A model generated the notes under the pieces. That model saw only the letters and a program-made list of their open reading frames with translations, made no database searches and was not told the origin of the DNA. From Parasteatoda tepidariorum (lineage: Eukaryota): a stretch of 34,485 bases of DNA. Within the stretch, counting starts at the first letter, position 1, and each line of letters starts with the position of its first letter. The translations under genes were made by a program, and so were the position numbers. Shown one piece after another: positions 11,062-22,704 of the stretch. The stretch spans positions 57,580,995 through 57,615,479 of the forward strand of contig NC_092205.1 of assembly GCF_043381705.1 (NCBI RefSeq), given 5' to 3'.

Positions 11062-11243
11062 AATTAAAACTGCGTAAGAATTCATGCCGAGAAATGTCAT
11101 CATACTCTGCTAGACACAGCTCATAATAAGGGCGCTTCCCTATTATGAAATGTTTCTTGTGCTTCTGAACATGTCATAATAGGAAAGCTCTCTTAACTGC
11201 ATACGACATTTCAGAGTTAGGGCTCATATGCAGTTTTAATCCT
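11062..11243. mobile_element. About 180-bp foldback or MITE-like element in MVP intron 1. It has imperfect TIRs (ATTAAAACTGCGTAAG.../...CATATGCAGTTTTAAT) and a central near-palindrome TCATAATAAGGGCGCTTCCCTATTATGA.
   Basis: 11 of 11 bp of gcagttttaat are reverse complement of attaaaactgc. Additional inner inverted matches are gaaatgtc/gacatttc and cagagt/actctg. Confidence 0.4.
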
Positions 11244-12163
11244 AGTGATGTTCCCTAATTTTCCTAAAAATTTGTTTCAACATTTATGCGACCCTCTGTT
11301 ATATGTAATGCTTGTAATTTGTACATTTCAACGAAAATTTGACTAAAAATGTTATTTAACAAAATTGCAGCTTTAGGAGCAAATCTAATTTCAGGTATGA
11401 AATCCCTACACTCGAATTAGGTAAGATCAAGTATTTGTATAAATGCAACAACAAAAATTTTTCTCAAGTTTAATTATTTAAAATTGATTTTTGCATTAAA
11501 TTATCTTTAAATAAACAAAATTTACAAATATGTGTGAAAAATTTTTGATTTCCAAAAAAGTTGATATGGTGAAATATGCATTAAGTAAAATTAATGCTAA
11601 GGGGTCCAAGTTTTCGATCTCTCTCCTGACTAAGTTATTGGGACCATAATTTCCAGATTGCGGCTACCTTCCATATTTTAAGAGTCGAAAATCCGAATCT
11701 GTTTGCAAAAGTTAACATAGTTAAGGGTAAGTTCTCGAACCACTAAGAATGAGTCCTTGTCTTTTAAAACCCAATGATTAAATCAAAAGTTATTCAGGAT
11801 GTTCATTTTCTTATTTTATGCACTGTATTTTGTGTTTTAAGGCAATTTTTTTTTCTTTTTTTTTATACTTAGGAATGATTTATTAATGATATAAAAATTT
11901 ATTATGGTTTTTAAAAGCCAAAATTACTTTTTCATCAAAAAAAAAGTTATGCACCCCCAATTTAATGTTGGAATAATAAAATAGTTTCCTTATAGAGGTT
12001 GCAGTTAAACATCTAAACTGAAATAATTTTAAATTATTATTTGCCACATTTGGATTCTTTGGCACCATTATGATTAGCCATAATCTTTCACTTAATATTA
12101 ATTGTTCGAAAATATCTTGTATATATTGTGTTTTAATATATTTTGTATTTGTTTATTTACTAG

Positions 12164-12359
12164 TGTGGTGTTGGAACCTCGAAAAATGATTATTATCCCT
12201 CCTTGCCATTACTGTATTATCTGCAATCCTGTGGTTCGAAATGCAGAAAATGCTTTGATTTATGATATTAGTGGTCAGACAAAATTGCGACATGCTGATT
12301 TAGAGGTGCGCCTTGAACAAGAGCCTTTCCCTTTGTATCCTGGTGAAGTGTTATTCCGT
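12164..12359 (+). CDS. MVP: Major vault protein exon 2 ((R)[65 protein letters not shown]).
   Basis: Acceptor tttactag|T, donor CGT|gtaagt. Aligns to human [26 protein letters not shown]...[25 protein letters not shown]. Confidence 0.85.
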
Positions 12360-12803
12360 GTAAGTAAAGTTTTTAATTCTATCAAATTATACGTTAGTTA
12401 TGATATTGGAATGGGCGTGGGAAATTTGATCAGATAAGGCCTGGAAAATCTGTACTCGAGGTTTCTGTTTCTTTAAAATCTTGTTCCAAGAAGCTTAAAC
12501 TGTAATATACTTGTTTTTGGCTAGATCTAGGAACTGTTATTTTCATTGATCGTCTAAAATTGTTCCTTAGTTAATGGTGCCAAAGTACATATATCATTAT
12601 TTATTTCTTTTGTTTATCTTCCTTTTTAATATAACTTAAAAATTCTGTTTTATTTTTTTTTCTCTTGAAGAATATAATTTAAAATGAATTAAGTTGCGAT
12701 TTATTTTTCTACACTCTGTAACTTGTAATGAATTTTTTTTTCACTTTTTGTCAGCTTTGTTCATTATTTGATTTATATTTCACTAATTTTATTTTGTTTT
12801 CAG

Positions 12804-12924
12804 GATGTTGAACCTTTGACAGTTGTTCATGCAAATAGTGCTCTGTTGTTGAAAGCCAACCGTGATTTTGAAGAAGCTGGAGTTAAGAGAGTTGCTGGAG
12901 ATGAATGGCTGTTTGAAGGCCCTG
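12804..12924 (+). CDS. MVP: Major vault protein exon 3 ([41 protein letters not shown]). Ends in phase 1.
   Basis: Acceptor ttttcag|GAT, donor CCT G|gtaagt. Aligns to human [42 protein letters not shown]. Confidence 0.85.
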
Positions 12925-13541
12925 GTAAGTTTTTAATGTTAATATATTTTATGCTGTTAATATATTTAATTATATTTAAGTTATTAAAGTTGGTTTTTTA
13001 TTAGCTGTAAAATACATATTGTTTAGCTCTTTTTTGCCTTCTTGTGAGGCTGTAATTTTTTTTTTGTTGGTGCGAGGAAGAGCAAGGTTGTAGAAGAATT
13101 ATCTCATTGAAATTTGAATAGTTTTTTTTTCTCTAGTCAGATTTGTTTTGGGGATATTTTTCCTGAGGTTTTTTTAACTGACCTTTATTTTAGATCAATG
13201 CAAATTCAAGACTAATTTTTCATATTGCATCTTTCAGGCATGCGATTCTTCCGCTAATTCGTGGAGTTCCGCAACTGCCAAGACCGTTGATTTGCTGACT
13301 TGCACAAATTAATAATTTATATTCCGCCAACTTTTTTGAAATTCCTCAAATCTAAATTCTAAATTTTTTACTTACTCAAAATCTTGTTAACAAGACATTT
13401 ATACTGCCCTTTCCAGCACCCTCTAATTTTCTTCCTAAGTTCTTATTCTTGCACTATACTGTTTTTTTTTGTTTATTATATAATTATTTATTTGTTGGAT
13501 ATGTTAGTTGTCTTCCTAATTTAGCTTTTTCCTTTTATCAG

Positions 13542-13768
13542 GTACTTTTGTTCCTCGTAAAGAAGTTGAAATTGTTAGAACTGTTTCTGCAACTGTTATA
13601 AAACCTAACCAAGCTTTGAGATTGAAAGCCAAAACTGAAACTAAAGATCGAGAAGGCAAAAGCAGAGTGGCTGGGGAAGAATGGATTGTAAAAAAAACGG
13701 GTGCATATCTTCCAGGTGCTTATGAAGAAATTGTAGATGTCGTTGATGCCTATGTTCTTACGGAAAAG
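13542..13768 (+). CDS. MVP: Major vault protein exon 4 ([76 protein letters not shown]).
   Basis: Acceptor ttatcag|GT, donor AAG|gtaggg. Aligns to human [75 protein letters not shown]. Confidence 0.85.
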
Positions 13769-14753
13769 GTAGGGTGTATGATTTATTGAAGAGATAGTGA
13801 CTTAATAAATGCTTTAAAATTCAGGTATTATTAATATTTGTTTTAAAATTTTAGTTATGTAATTTTAAAAAATCAATTAGTGGTTTGCATTATTACTGGC
13901 ACAATATTGAGATATAATTTTTGGGTAATTTAAATAATCTTATTAAACTGAATAATTTTTTGATTTTATACTAATTCTACACTGATTTTGTTTGTGTTGT
14001 AATTTTTTTAACTTATACAAGAGTAAAACCTTATAAATTAAATTGGAAAGTTTTAAAAATTAGTATGTAACAACTTTTTAAAATTATGCAAATAGGTTGT
14101 GGATGACCAAAAAAACAAATATAACTGAAAATACAAATTTTGATGTTGCTTGTTTCAATTACAGGGTTGCTTAATTAGTATAGTAAGTTTTGAATTAATT
14201 TTCCTAGGATAGTCAAGGATAAACTACTAAAACATTCTTAGATTGAAAATAGATAAAGTTGCATTGCAAAAAAACACATAAAGACAAGTTTATCTAGTGA
14301 ATGCAGTTGTTTTAAGAGGGGAAAATCTATGCGGACATTTGGTGATAATGCAGGGCAATTATAAATTATGTAGTTTTTCACATTCACAAAATTTGTTGGA
14401 TCCTATTCATGAAACAAGTGTATGTTATTTAAAAGCTAACATTTTTTCTTGATTACAATAACATGTTTCGAATTATAGTTACATGTTCCGAATTATAGTC
14501 TCATTTTCCATCACATTTTAAATTTAAATAGCATTAAACTGAATAAATAAAAAAATTATTTTAAAGTTAGATTACATTTAAAACTATATTGTTACTTCAA
14601 TTTCAGATGCAATTCATACAAAAGTTTAGTATTTTAAAAAACTGTTACACCGGTCCTAAATAAAACTTTAAAACTGTCCTTCAATTATTTTGGAGCTGTT
14701 TTAATTTAACTTGATAATCAAATATATTAAGTTTGATTTTTTTACATTAACAG

Positions 14754-14990
14754 GAAGCTGTTCACATTAGAGCCAAAAGGACGTTTGTTGATGAATTTAA
14801 TAAAACTAGAAAAAATGGTGAAGAGTGGCTCATCACCTTTGAGGATACTGAAACATTCATTCCTGGTGTGTATGAAGAAGTTGTAGGAGTAGTTCATATA
14901 ACTACACTTTCTAATCGACAGTATTGTGTAATTCTTGATCCCATTGGTGAGGATGGAAAACCCCAATTGGGAAAGAAAAAATTAGTAAAG
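14754..14990 (+). CDS. MVP: Major vault protein exon 5 ([79 protein letters not shown]).
   Basis: Acceptor acattaacag|GAA, donor AAG|gtaaga. 79 codons with no stop. Aligns to human TALHLRALQNFRD...[60 protein letters not shown]. Confidence 0.85.
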
Positions 14991-15660
14991 GTAAGATACT
15001 TGTGTGCTGCTTAGTTAGAAATGATATGCAATCCAGGTATTTATGTAATCTCATAAACCAGATGTTTTTTCCTTCCCAAATTTCCAATTTGAAAGTTTGA
15101 GTTAAAAAGTAGTCAATAAAAATATTTCATTGCATTCATTTTTTCTGTTACGTTTTAATATTAAAAAAAAACTTTTTTAAAAAAAAGGGGGGAAAAAGAA
15201 AGAAAAATGATACAAATGCTGAGAAACTTTCTGATGCTGGATTTTAATGTATTTCAATAATTAGGTGACTGCTAAAAAATTTCGATTCTTTGATGCATTT
15301 ATATTTATAAGATTTTATCAAAAATTATCCATTTTCTAAAATATTTTTTAGCAAGAAAGTTTATTGAAGCTTTATTAGAATATATTGCTTTTTAAAAAAT
15401 ATTTTTCTTCCATGTTATGAAAGCTATTACAATATTTCATCATAAACATTGATGCTGACGAATATTTTCCACTTTGAGCTGCAAATTACCTTCTCAGTTA
15501 GCATATCTTTGATAAGTCATTTAACCTGCAAGTATGATGCAAGCTCAAAAAAACTAAATGCGCTCTCGGTGGGAATGGAAGTTTTCTTTAAGGATTAAAT
15601 TTTCCTTTCTTGTTATTATATTATTATTTAAAATTTTAATTTTTATATTTGTTATTTTAG

Positions 15661-15792
15661 GGAGAAAAGTCTTTTTTTATGAAACCTGGTGAGCGATTAG
15701 AATCTGGTATTCAAGATGTTCATGTCTTGAGTGAAAATGAGGGTTTGGTATTGAAAGCAAGAGAGGCATTTTTAGATAATAGTGAAACACCG
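15661..15792 (+). CDS. MVP: Major vault protein exon 6 ([44 protein letters not shown]).
   Basis: Acceptor ttattttag|GGA, donor CCG|gtatgt. Aligns to human [44 protein letters not shown]. Confidence 0.85.
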
Positions 15793-16261
15793 GTATGTTT
15801 ATTGATGTGTAATAATAATTATCAAAACTTTGTATTATAATAATTATCAAAATTTATTGTAATAAATTTGTAAACTACTCTGTATTAAGTTTTGTTTGTA
15901 TTATCGAACTTGTTTATCTCGAATCTCATGGGAAAGGCTAAAAATTTGAGATAAAAGAGGTTTTGAGTTATACAGGTACTTTAAAAAAATTTTAATTTAA
16001 TTAAGAAATTCTATTAAAAGTGCTTTAAATGTTTTTAGTAGAAAAATATAGGTATTTTTTTCAAATTAATTATACCACATACATCACATACATACCACAT
16101 ACATAACATTTTTTAACATACATTTAACATGGGAAACAATTTATCAAAGATTTTTGATGTATAACCTTATTTGTTTTGATTATTCTTTTAAGGTTAGAAA
16201 GAGCGTAAATCCCTCACAGCCAACATTTTTCTGGGATTCAAGAATAGTTTATAAAAATTAT

Positions 16262-16760
16262 ACAGCTTTTTCTACCTCTTTTGCATTCACTTTTGGTTCA
16301 TCAATATGATCTTCAGCATCTTCCTTGTCATCTAATATTCCTTTGACATTATCTATGATTTCTGCATCTGTCAATGTTCCATATGTTACCAGGCAGTTGT
16401 CCACTTGTTAAAATCTTCAAAATTAATGTCCACATTTAATCCAGATTTTGTTACATTCCATTCTGGCAAATCCGGCACTGCATTTTCAGCCTCAACAGTT
16501 TCTTCTTTACTGACGCTTTCAACCTCTTGTTCATCATCTTCACAGCTATTCTTAAAACCAGCTTTTTAAAACCATTATGGATAGTTTTTAGAGACACATT
16601 TCTCCAGGCAAACTTTGCATACCAACTGTTTTTTATAGTTCACTTTAAAACTTCTAATTATCCTTTGATCCATTAGTTGCAATTTTGATATGAAAATGAA
16701 TTTATATTCTTAGCTTTCTTATCTATGATGAAAAGCTAGCCCTTAGTGGTCACTACTCAT
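16262..16760 (-). mobile_element. Decayed pogo/Tigger-like transposase remnant (frameshifts and stop codons) inside MVP intron 6.
   Basis: Reverse-strand translation yields pogo-family motifs in shifting frames: SKLQLMDQRIIRSFKVNYKKQ (compare LQPMDQGVI..K..YRR), AWRNVSLKTIHNGFKKLV (compare AW..V....I.NCF.KAG), and an acidic tail DLPEWNVTKSGLNVDINFEDFNKW / VTYGTLTDAEIIDNVKGILDDKEDAEDHIDE that resembles the tail of the 34100..34462 ORF. Confidence 0.55.
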
Positions 16761-17201
16761 TAACCCCTCACTTACTGCCAGAATCATTGCATTCCTTTCT
16801 AGTTACGGAAGTGCAGGGTTGTGATTGAAATTCCCAGAAACACCCCAACCTGTTCATCCCTACTTCCTGTGGGTTCATGAAATTCATCTCTGTCTACAAG
16901 TTTTACTGATAAAGAGGGTTTTGACATTTGGACTCTATTATTAGAAATTCGAGAAACGGAGGTTTTTGAAGAGAAAAAAAAAATTCGACATAAACATGGA
17001 AAATACATTGATTTTAAAGAGTTAAATATAGGGAATTTATTTATTTCTCTTTTGAGATATAGTGGTTTTAGAGATAAAGAGGTTTGAGATAAACAGGTTC
17101 AACTGTATATATTTTTTAAGCATGTAATTGTATTTATTTTTGCATGTATTTTTTTAAGCATTTAATTGTGGTTAATTTTAAACCAATATGCAACTTCATT
17201 T

Positions 17202-17203
<2 letters not shown>

Positions 17204-17252
<49 letters not shown>
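17204..17252. repeat. Mononucleotide (T)49 run, which reads as poly(A) on the minus strand.
   Basis: Direct count from the sequence. Confidence 0.95.
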
Positions 17253-17254
<2 letters not shown>

Positions 17255-17830
17255 ATCTTTTATTTATAATTTTTTTTTCTAATCTTTTTCAAAATCCACA
17301 TTTTTAATTAAGTTTTCTTATGGCTATCATTTCTATCTATTCATTTCTATCATTCTATGTATCATTTCTATATTCCATGGCTATCACGTTTCTTCTTATT
17401 TTTTTTTAATTAAGTTTATGGATAGGCATCAATTTGTCCTGATTGTGAATGTCCAAAACACTAATTACGAATTCAAAATTCATGTTTTTTTTTATTACCT
17501 CTTTTCATGTAACTTTTTCTAATGTGGTAAATTCATTTGGTTAGACCTTGAATATAAAAGCATTCTTATTCTTATAAAGGCAAAGCACTCTCTTAATTGA
17601 CCATTGTGAGCGATAGCATAAGGGCTGTTAAGACTCCACAGTTTCGTGACTGGTGGCATTATGATGGTAATGTTTTCAGCATTGCACACCGACCATCTTC
17701 ACTTTCCAGATAAGTTGGTACCCATTAATCTGAAACTGGTTGGGTTTTAAGATGCCTCTGGTTATTGAACCCCTGTTTTTCACTGTAACAGCTCTGTGTC
17801 TTAATTACTGAGCTATCATGACTCATTGTT
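17204..17830 (-). mobile_element. Possible tRNA-derived SINE-like retroposon on the minus strand. It would have a degenerate tRNA-like head near 17741..17826, an AATAAA-like motif, and the (A)49 tail.
   Basis: The reverse complement of 17741..17826 reads ...GATAGCTCAGTAATTAAGACACAGAGCTGTTACAGTGAAAAACAGGGGTTCAATAACCAG... It carries an A-box-like TAGCTCAGT...AGAGC and a B-box-like GGTTCAATAAC. On the minus strand, ataaataaaagatgc precedes the poly(A). No clear TSD was found, and the region could instead belong to the neighbouring pogo remnant. Confidence 0.3.
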
Positions 17831-18841
17831 TTTCGTGCTTTAGTAAATTTTGTGCGTTAATCTTTATGTACTTTAATGTTTTGAAGCTTATTTTAAAAAT
17901 GCGGAAAAAATTTAATTCGTATCATATTTAAGAAGTACTTCTTACAATTTTATGTGATTATGCAAAAATAGAAGCTCTTATCACAAAAAATAGTAGTAAT
18001 TGAAGGAATGAAAAAGCATTGCAAGATGTTGGGTCACAACTCTCCGTTTATTACCAGTATTTTTTACGAAATAATTAACTTATAATTCATATAATGATTC
18101 GAAATAAATAACATATAATTCATTATAACATATTTTTAGAAACTTTCATTTGCATATTTAAGAATGCTTTGAAAAATTTATTTGACAGTTGATAATGCAA
18201 ATTTTTTAAATACATGATGTAAATTGGAATGAATAATATTTTCAATATTGAATACTTGTTTTTTTAAAAATTCATTTGTGTTTTGAAATAAACTAAATTT
18301 ATGACTTTTTCTTTACCCCTTTTTTCTTAAAAAAACATGTCCTTTAAACATAAGACATGCTGTCTATTTAGGTCTCAATTTTATTTAATCATTTCATGTT
18401 TTTTCCTCTTTACTTAAATTATATATTGCTTATATTAGAATGTAAGAGGAATTAAATTGTTTTTACTATTTTTCAAACTATTGATCTTTTTAGTTACAAT
18501 AGAATGCATTTTTTCCTTCAATGAATACTTTGCCGTACTCAAAATTTAATATTTTTGCAATAAATTGGGCTATTTTCATATCAGAGTAAGTAACTATGTC
18601 AACTTTTATAATTGTTTACAATGTTCATTGAATATTAGCTTTTAAGCAATAGCCTTAATATTTTAGTTAAAGATAGATATCAGATGTTTAAAGCAGAACT
18701 GAAAGATTAGAATATTTTATTAATGCACTTAATGTGTAATATCAAAGTTTTGTCACATCCTATCGATATAAAATATTCTCAGCACTACATAAAGATTGAT
18801 TTAAGTGAACAAAATAAGTAATTAATTTATTTAAAATTTAG

Positions 18842-18991
18842 GCTATCAATCGCAAGCCTGGAGATCGATGGATGATTAATGGTCCAGCAGAATACATCCC
18901 ACCTACTGAAGTCGAAATAGTCACTAAAAGATATTCCATCGCTTTAGATGAGAATGAAGGCATTTATGTTAGAAATATAAAAACAGGACAT
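18842..18991 (+). CDS. MVP: Major vault protein exon 7 ([50 protein letters not shown]).
   Basis: Acceptor aaatttag|GCT, donor CAT|gtgagt. Aligns to human [50 protein letters not shown]. Confidence 0.85.
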
Positions 18992-19163
18992 GTGAGTAAA
19001 AAAATTTTACCAGTATTTGTTATTTCTTTGATACTAAATTTCTATTTTCCTAAAAGTGCTTTTTACATTAAATACAATTTAAAGAGAAAAAAAAATCTCT
19101 TTGAATAGTCTTTGATAAAGCTTTTCAGAGTTAACGAGCATTTTCTTTAAGTAACAGCTTACT

Positions 19164-19400
19164 AATATATATATAAAAATATATATATATTTGGACGTCA
19201 GATAAATCGCTACGTTTCTGCATTACGCTAACGATTGAAATGCTTTCCGATGCCCTAGGGCATCCTTTATATACCCTCCACTGTAATGTGCTGCCCCCTG
19301 CCTTCTGTGATTGGTTATTTCACGTTGACGCCGAAAGTAGGTGGTGGTCACATTAATGTGACTGAACTGTGTATATTACATATATATATATATAAAAAAT
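19164..19400. repeat. About 180-bp GC-richer insertion in MVP intron 7 bracketed by near-identical TA-rich blocks (TATATATATAAAAATAT at 19168..19182 and 19383..19398). The core holds two perfect 16-bp palindromes, GATGCCCTAGGGCATC at 19248..19263 and GTCACATTAATGTGAC at 19347..19362.
   Basis: Direct reading from the sequence. Both palindromes are exact reverse complements of themselves. Confidence 0.7.
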
Positions 19401-19833
19401 ATGACATATCAGATTTTCGACTTTCAATGAGAAATATTTTGTAATTTGTTTTTCAAACTTTGTACGACTTAAAAAAATATTAGTATAAAATGCTATGTAT
19501 CATCTATTGACTTTTGTTGACTCCAACTTTTTTCTTCAGTATTTTATGTAATTTTTTAATTTCATATCAAAAAATATGTTTTAGATAAAATTGTACTTTT
19601 TTGCTACTATTTAGATTGTGCTAAAATTATTAAAATAAAAATAGTTGCAATATTAAAAATTCTGAATCTATTATCCCTGACTGTCCTATAAATCAGAAAG
19701 GATTTTTTCTTCTGAGCTTGAGTAGGATATCTGTTACATTTATTTGCAAAAATGAAACATTGCTTTACCTTTTCTTTATATTAATAGATAGAAATTGAAA
19801 CAGTTAATTTATTGTTTTAAATACCTTTTCTAG

Positions 19834-20096
19834 GTTCGTTTAGTATCTGGATCAACTTATATGCTTACACAAGATGAAGAACTTTGGGTAAAGGAATTGC
19901 CACCATTTGTGGAAGAGCTGATTAACCAAGGTATGGATCCTTTAAGTGATAGAGGAAGCTGGAAAATGATGAGACAAGGTGCTGTTCCTATGAAAGCAAG
20001 AAGCAAGTCTGATGAGGAAGGAGCTCGTGCTGTAACCTTAAGAGTTCCTCATAATGCTGCTGTTCAAGTCTATGATTACAAGGCTAAAAAATCTAG
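19834..20096 (+). CDS. MVP: Major vault protein exon 8 ([88 protein letters not shown]). Ends in phase 2.
   Basis: Acceptor cttttctag|GTT, donor AG|gtaatc. Aligns to human [41 protein letters not shown]...[21 protein letters not shown]. Confidence 0.85.
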
Positions 20097-20282
20097 GTAA
20101 TCTTACGAAGTTTCATCAAACTTAACTGCATTGTCTTACACAAACTAGTTAATGGGAGTTACTTATGCACTACTCTTCCCTCAATTTTAACTATTTGACA
20201 AAATCAATGATCCTTGAATTTATTACTCACTGCAGAAATTTTATCTAACTAAATTATGTTATTTTTTTTAAACATATTACAG

Positions 20283-20480
20283 AGTTGTTTTTGGACCTGA
20301 TCTTGTTATGCTGTCCCCTGATGAACAGTTTACTCAACTGAGTCTGTCTGGTGACAAGCCAAAACGTCCAAATGTGATTAAAAGTCTCTGCTTACTGCTT
20401 GGGCCTGATTTCTGTACAGACATTATAACTGTTGAAACTGCTGATCATGCACGACTGTCTCTTCAGTTGGCATATAACTG
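20283..20480 (+). CDS. MVP: Major vault protein exon 9 ((R)[66 protein letters not shown]). Ends in phase 2.
   Basis: Acceptor attacag|A, donor TG|gtattt. Aligns to human [66 protein letters not shown]. Confidence 0.85.
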
Positions 20481-20577
20481 GTATTTATTTTACGCATATA
20501 ATGTTTCTAGCTTTTATTATGTTTTATAAATCTACCTAAATGTTTTTTTTTTATTTGGAAGAAAAACTACTTATACT

Positions 20578-20868
20578 TAACTTAATTATACTAAAATTTA
20601 TTTTATCATTAAATGTTTGATTAGCCTCTCTTAACTGGAATGTCAGTAGAATCAACAGGTTTCTTTTGAATATCTCTGTATAAAGAAATGAAGTTATTTG
20701 GAAAAAAAGTACAAATTTTAATTATACTAAAAAAATTTTTTTGATCATTAAATGTTTGATTAACCTCTCTTAACTGGAATGTCAGTAGAATCAACAGGTT
20801 TCTTTTGAATATCTCTGTATAAGGAAATGAAGTTATTAGGAAAAAAAGCCTCATTTTATTGAACCTCA
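20578..20868. repeat. Tandem duplication, two copies of a ~139-bp unit, immediately downstream of MVP exon 9.
   Basis: aatgtttgatta(g/a)cctctcttaactggaatgtcagtagaatcaacaggtttcttttgaatatctctgtataa(a/g)gaaatgaagttatt... occurs at 20612 and again at 20751. Confidence 0.85.
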
Positions 20869-21069
20869 TTTTATTGAATGAAGGCGTATTTAATATTGAT
20901 TGCTGGTTGATGTTTGTTTGAAATTATAGTAGGGGGGGAGGGCTTGTTCTGTTAATATTTAGTTAATTGAATTCACACTAAAACTAAATCTGCAATTTTG
21001 ATTATTTTATTATAAATTTATTTAAAAATAATTTGTGAAGAAATATTTATATGCAGTTCCATTTTTAAG

Positions 21070-21211
21070 GTACTTTGATGTGAATGATAAAAGTGCAGAG
21101 AAAGCAGCAAAACTTTTTAGTGTTCCAGACTTTATTGGAGATCTTTGTAAAGCAATAGCGTCTAGGATCCGTGGTGCTGTAGCTGGTACTAATTTTGATG
21201 ATTTCCACAAG
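21070..21211 (+). CDS. MVP: Major vault protein exon 10 ((W)[47 protein letters not shown]).
   Basis: Acceptor ttttaag|G, donor AAG|gttatt. Aligns to human [48 protein letters not shown]. Confidence 0.85.
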
Positions 21212-22704
21212 GTTATTATAGTTTATATATTTTTTCTAGAATATTACATTCTAGAATTCCATATCTTAGAATAGTACATTTTGAATCTGGTGTCAAAGAG
21301 CAAACAAGTTGTTTACTGATTTATTTTTATGAAATTGTGTTTCTATTAACATAATTCATTAACAATTGCATATTTTATTCTGTTTTTTGTAAAAATTATA
21401 TATTTAATAATATATAGTTTAGGTGATAGGCACTGAAAATAAATAGAATTAATTTTTAAATTTTTTTTAGAGTACCACATTCCTTAAGTGACTTTTTATG
21501 ACGCAGGCTAAAATCATGCATATTACTATTTAGTCCTATATTTAAAACAAACTCCATTACTAATACAAATTGGGAATATTATTATAGTTTATTGTATTTT
21601 ATACTATTAAAAGCAAAATATCTATTCAGGTCTAATCGAACAATTTTTTTTTGTGTCAAAAACTTAATTTGGTTCTTAAGTTGGAAAATTTATTTTCATG
21701 ATTTAGAAATATAATTTTTTCTCTTGTCAAAACTTCAAAAAAAAAATTTTCTGAAGGATTTCATTAGAAGTTCAAGAATACTTCTATGTAACATAATAAA
21801 AAATCCAAAATTATCAGATTTTTTTACATATATTTTTTTAAAATTCTGATAAAAATTTATTTTTAATGTTGTGATATTCTGAATATTGAAAACTATTTTA
21901 AAAAATGTATTGAAAACAACTTTTGTTATATAGCAACTTTATAAAATTCTCGTATTATCTTTAAATTCTTAACAAATTGCATCAAAATTATGCAATTTTA
22001 AAAGAAATCTCACAAAAGTTTTTTACAACATTTTATTTAATTATTATAAATTTATCTTTCTAAAATGTGGGCATAAATTTTTCATGGTCTTTTCCATATG
22101 CATGTTCACATAGAGGAAGTAGGAAACTCTTCCAATCAAAATAATCTTTTAATTGACCTCTTTTTTTTGTTATCTTGTCAGAAAAAATTAAAAACTCCTA
22201 GCCCTACTGACTCAGACTTAAAAAAATTTATTAAAAATAAAAATTGAATGAATATTTTCTGTTAGTTGATACAAACCAATCATTTTTATTAATTGATTTA
22301 TTTAGAATTTAGTTTCAATGCAAGTTTGGCAAAAAGAATATTTTGTATCATAATTTTAATGTTTATGTACACTGTTTTACTTGCTCAGAATCAAGTTCAT
22401 CTTAGAATAAAAGAAAGCTAAGGAGAAAAAAATGTCCTAATATTAATTTTTTTAAACACGTTAATTGATGTGCTGTAAGCTATTACTTTTTACACGAATC
22501 TTGAAAATATGTGTTACAATTATGCTTCTACTTCAAATGAGCTACAGCATATTGACAGCCTCAATGAGCTTCCTCCAGCAGATCCAATCAAATGCTATGA
22601 TCTTCCAACTTTTGAAATTTAATGTATAACTATGTTTGCAGTGTTATATTTGAGTATATTGTGATTTAATCACTAATTCTCTACACTTTGAAAATATTCT
22701 TCAG

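Noticed and set aside
12102-12437. 111-aa plus-strand ORF
   Set aside because: It is MVP exon 2 (12164..12359) read through into intron sequence on both sides. Only the middle part aligns to MVP, and the true boundaries are the tag|T acceptor and the CGT|gtaagt donor.
20621-20869. 82-aa minus-strand ORF
   Set aside because: It is generated by the 139-bp tandem duplication and the second half of the peptide repeats the first.
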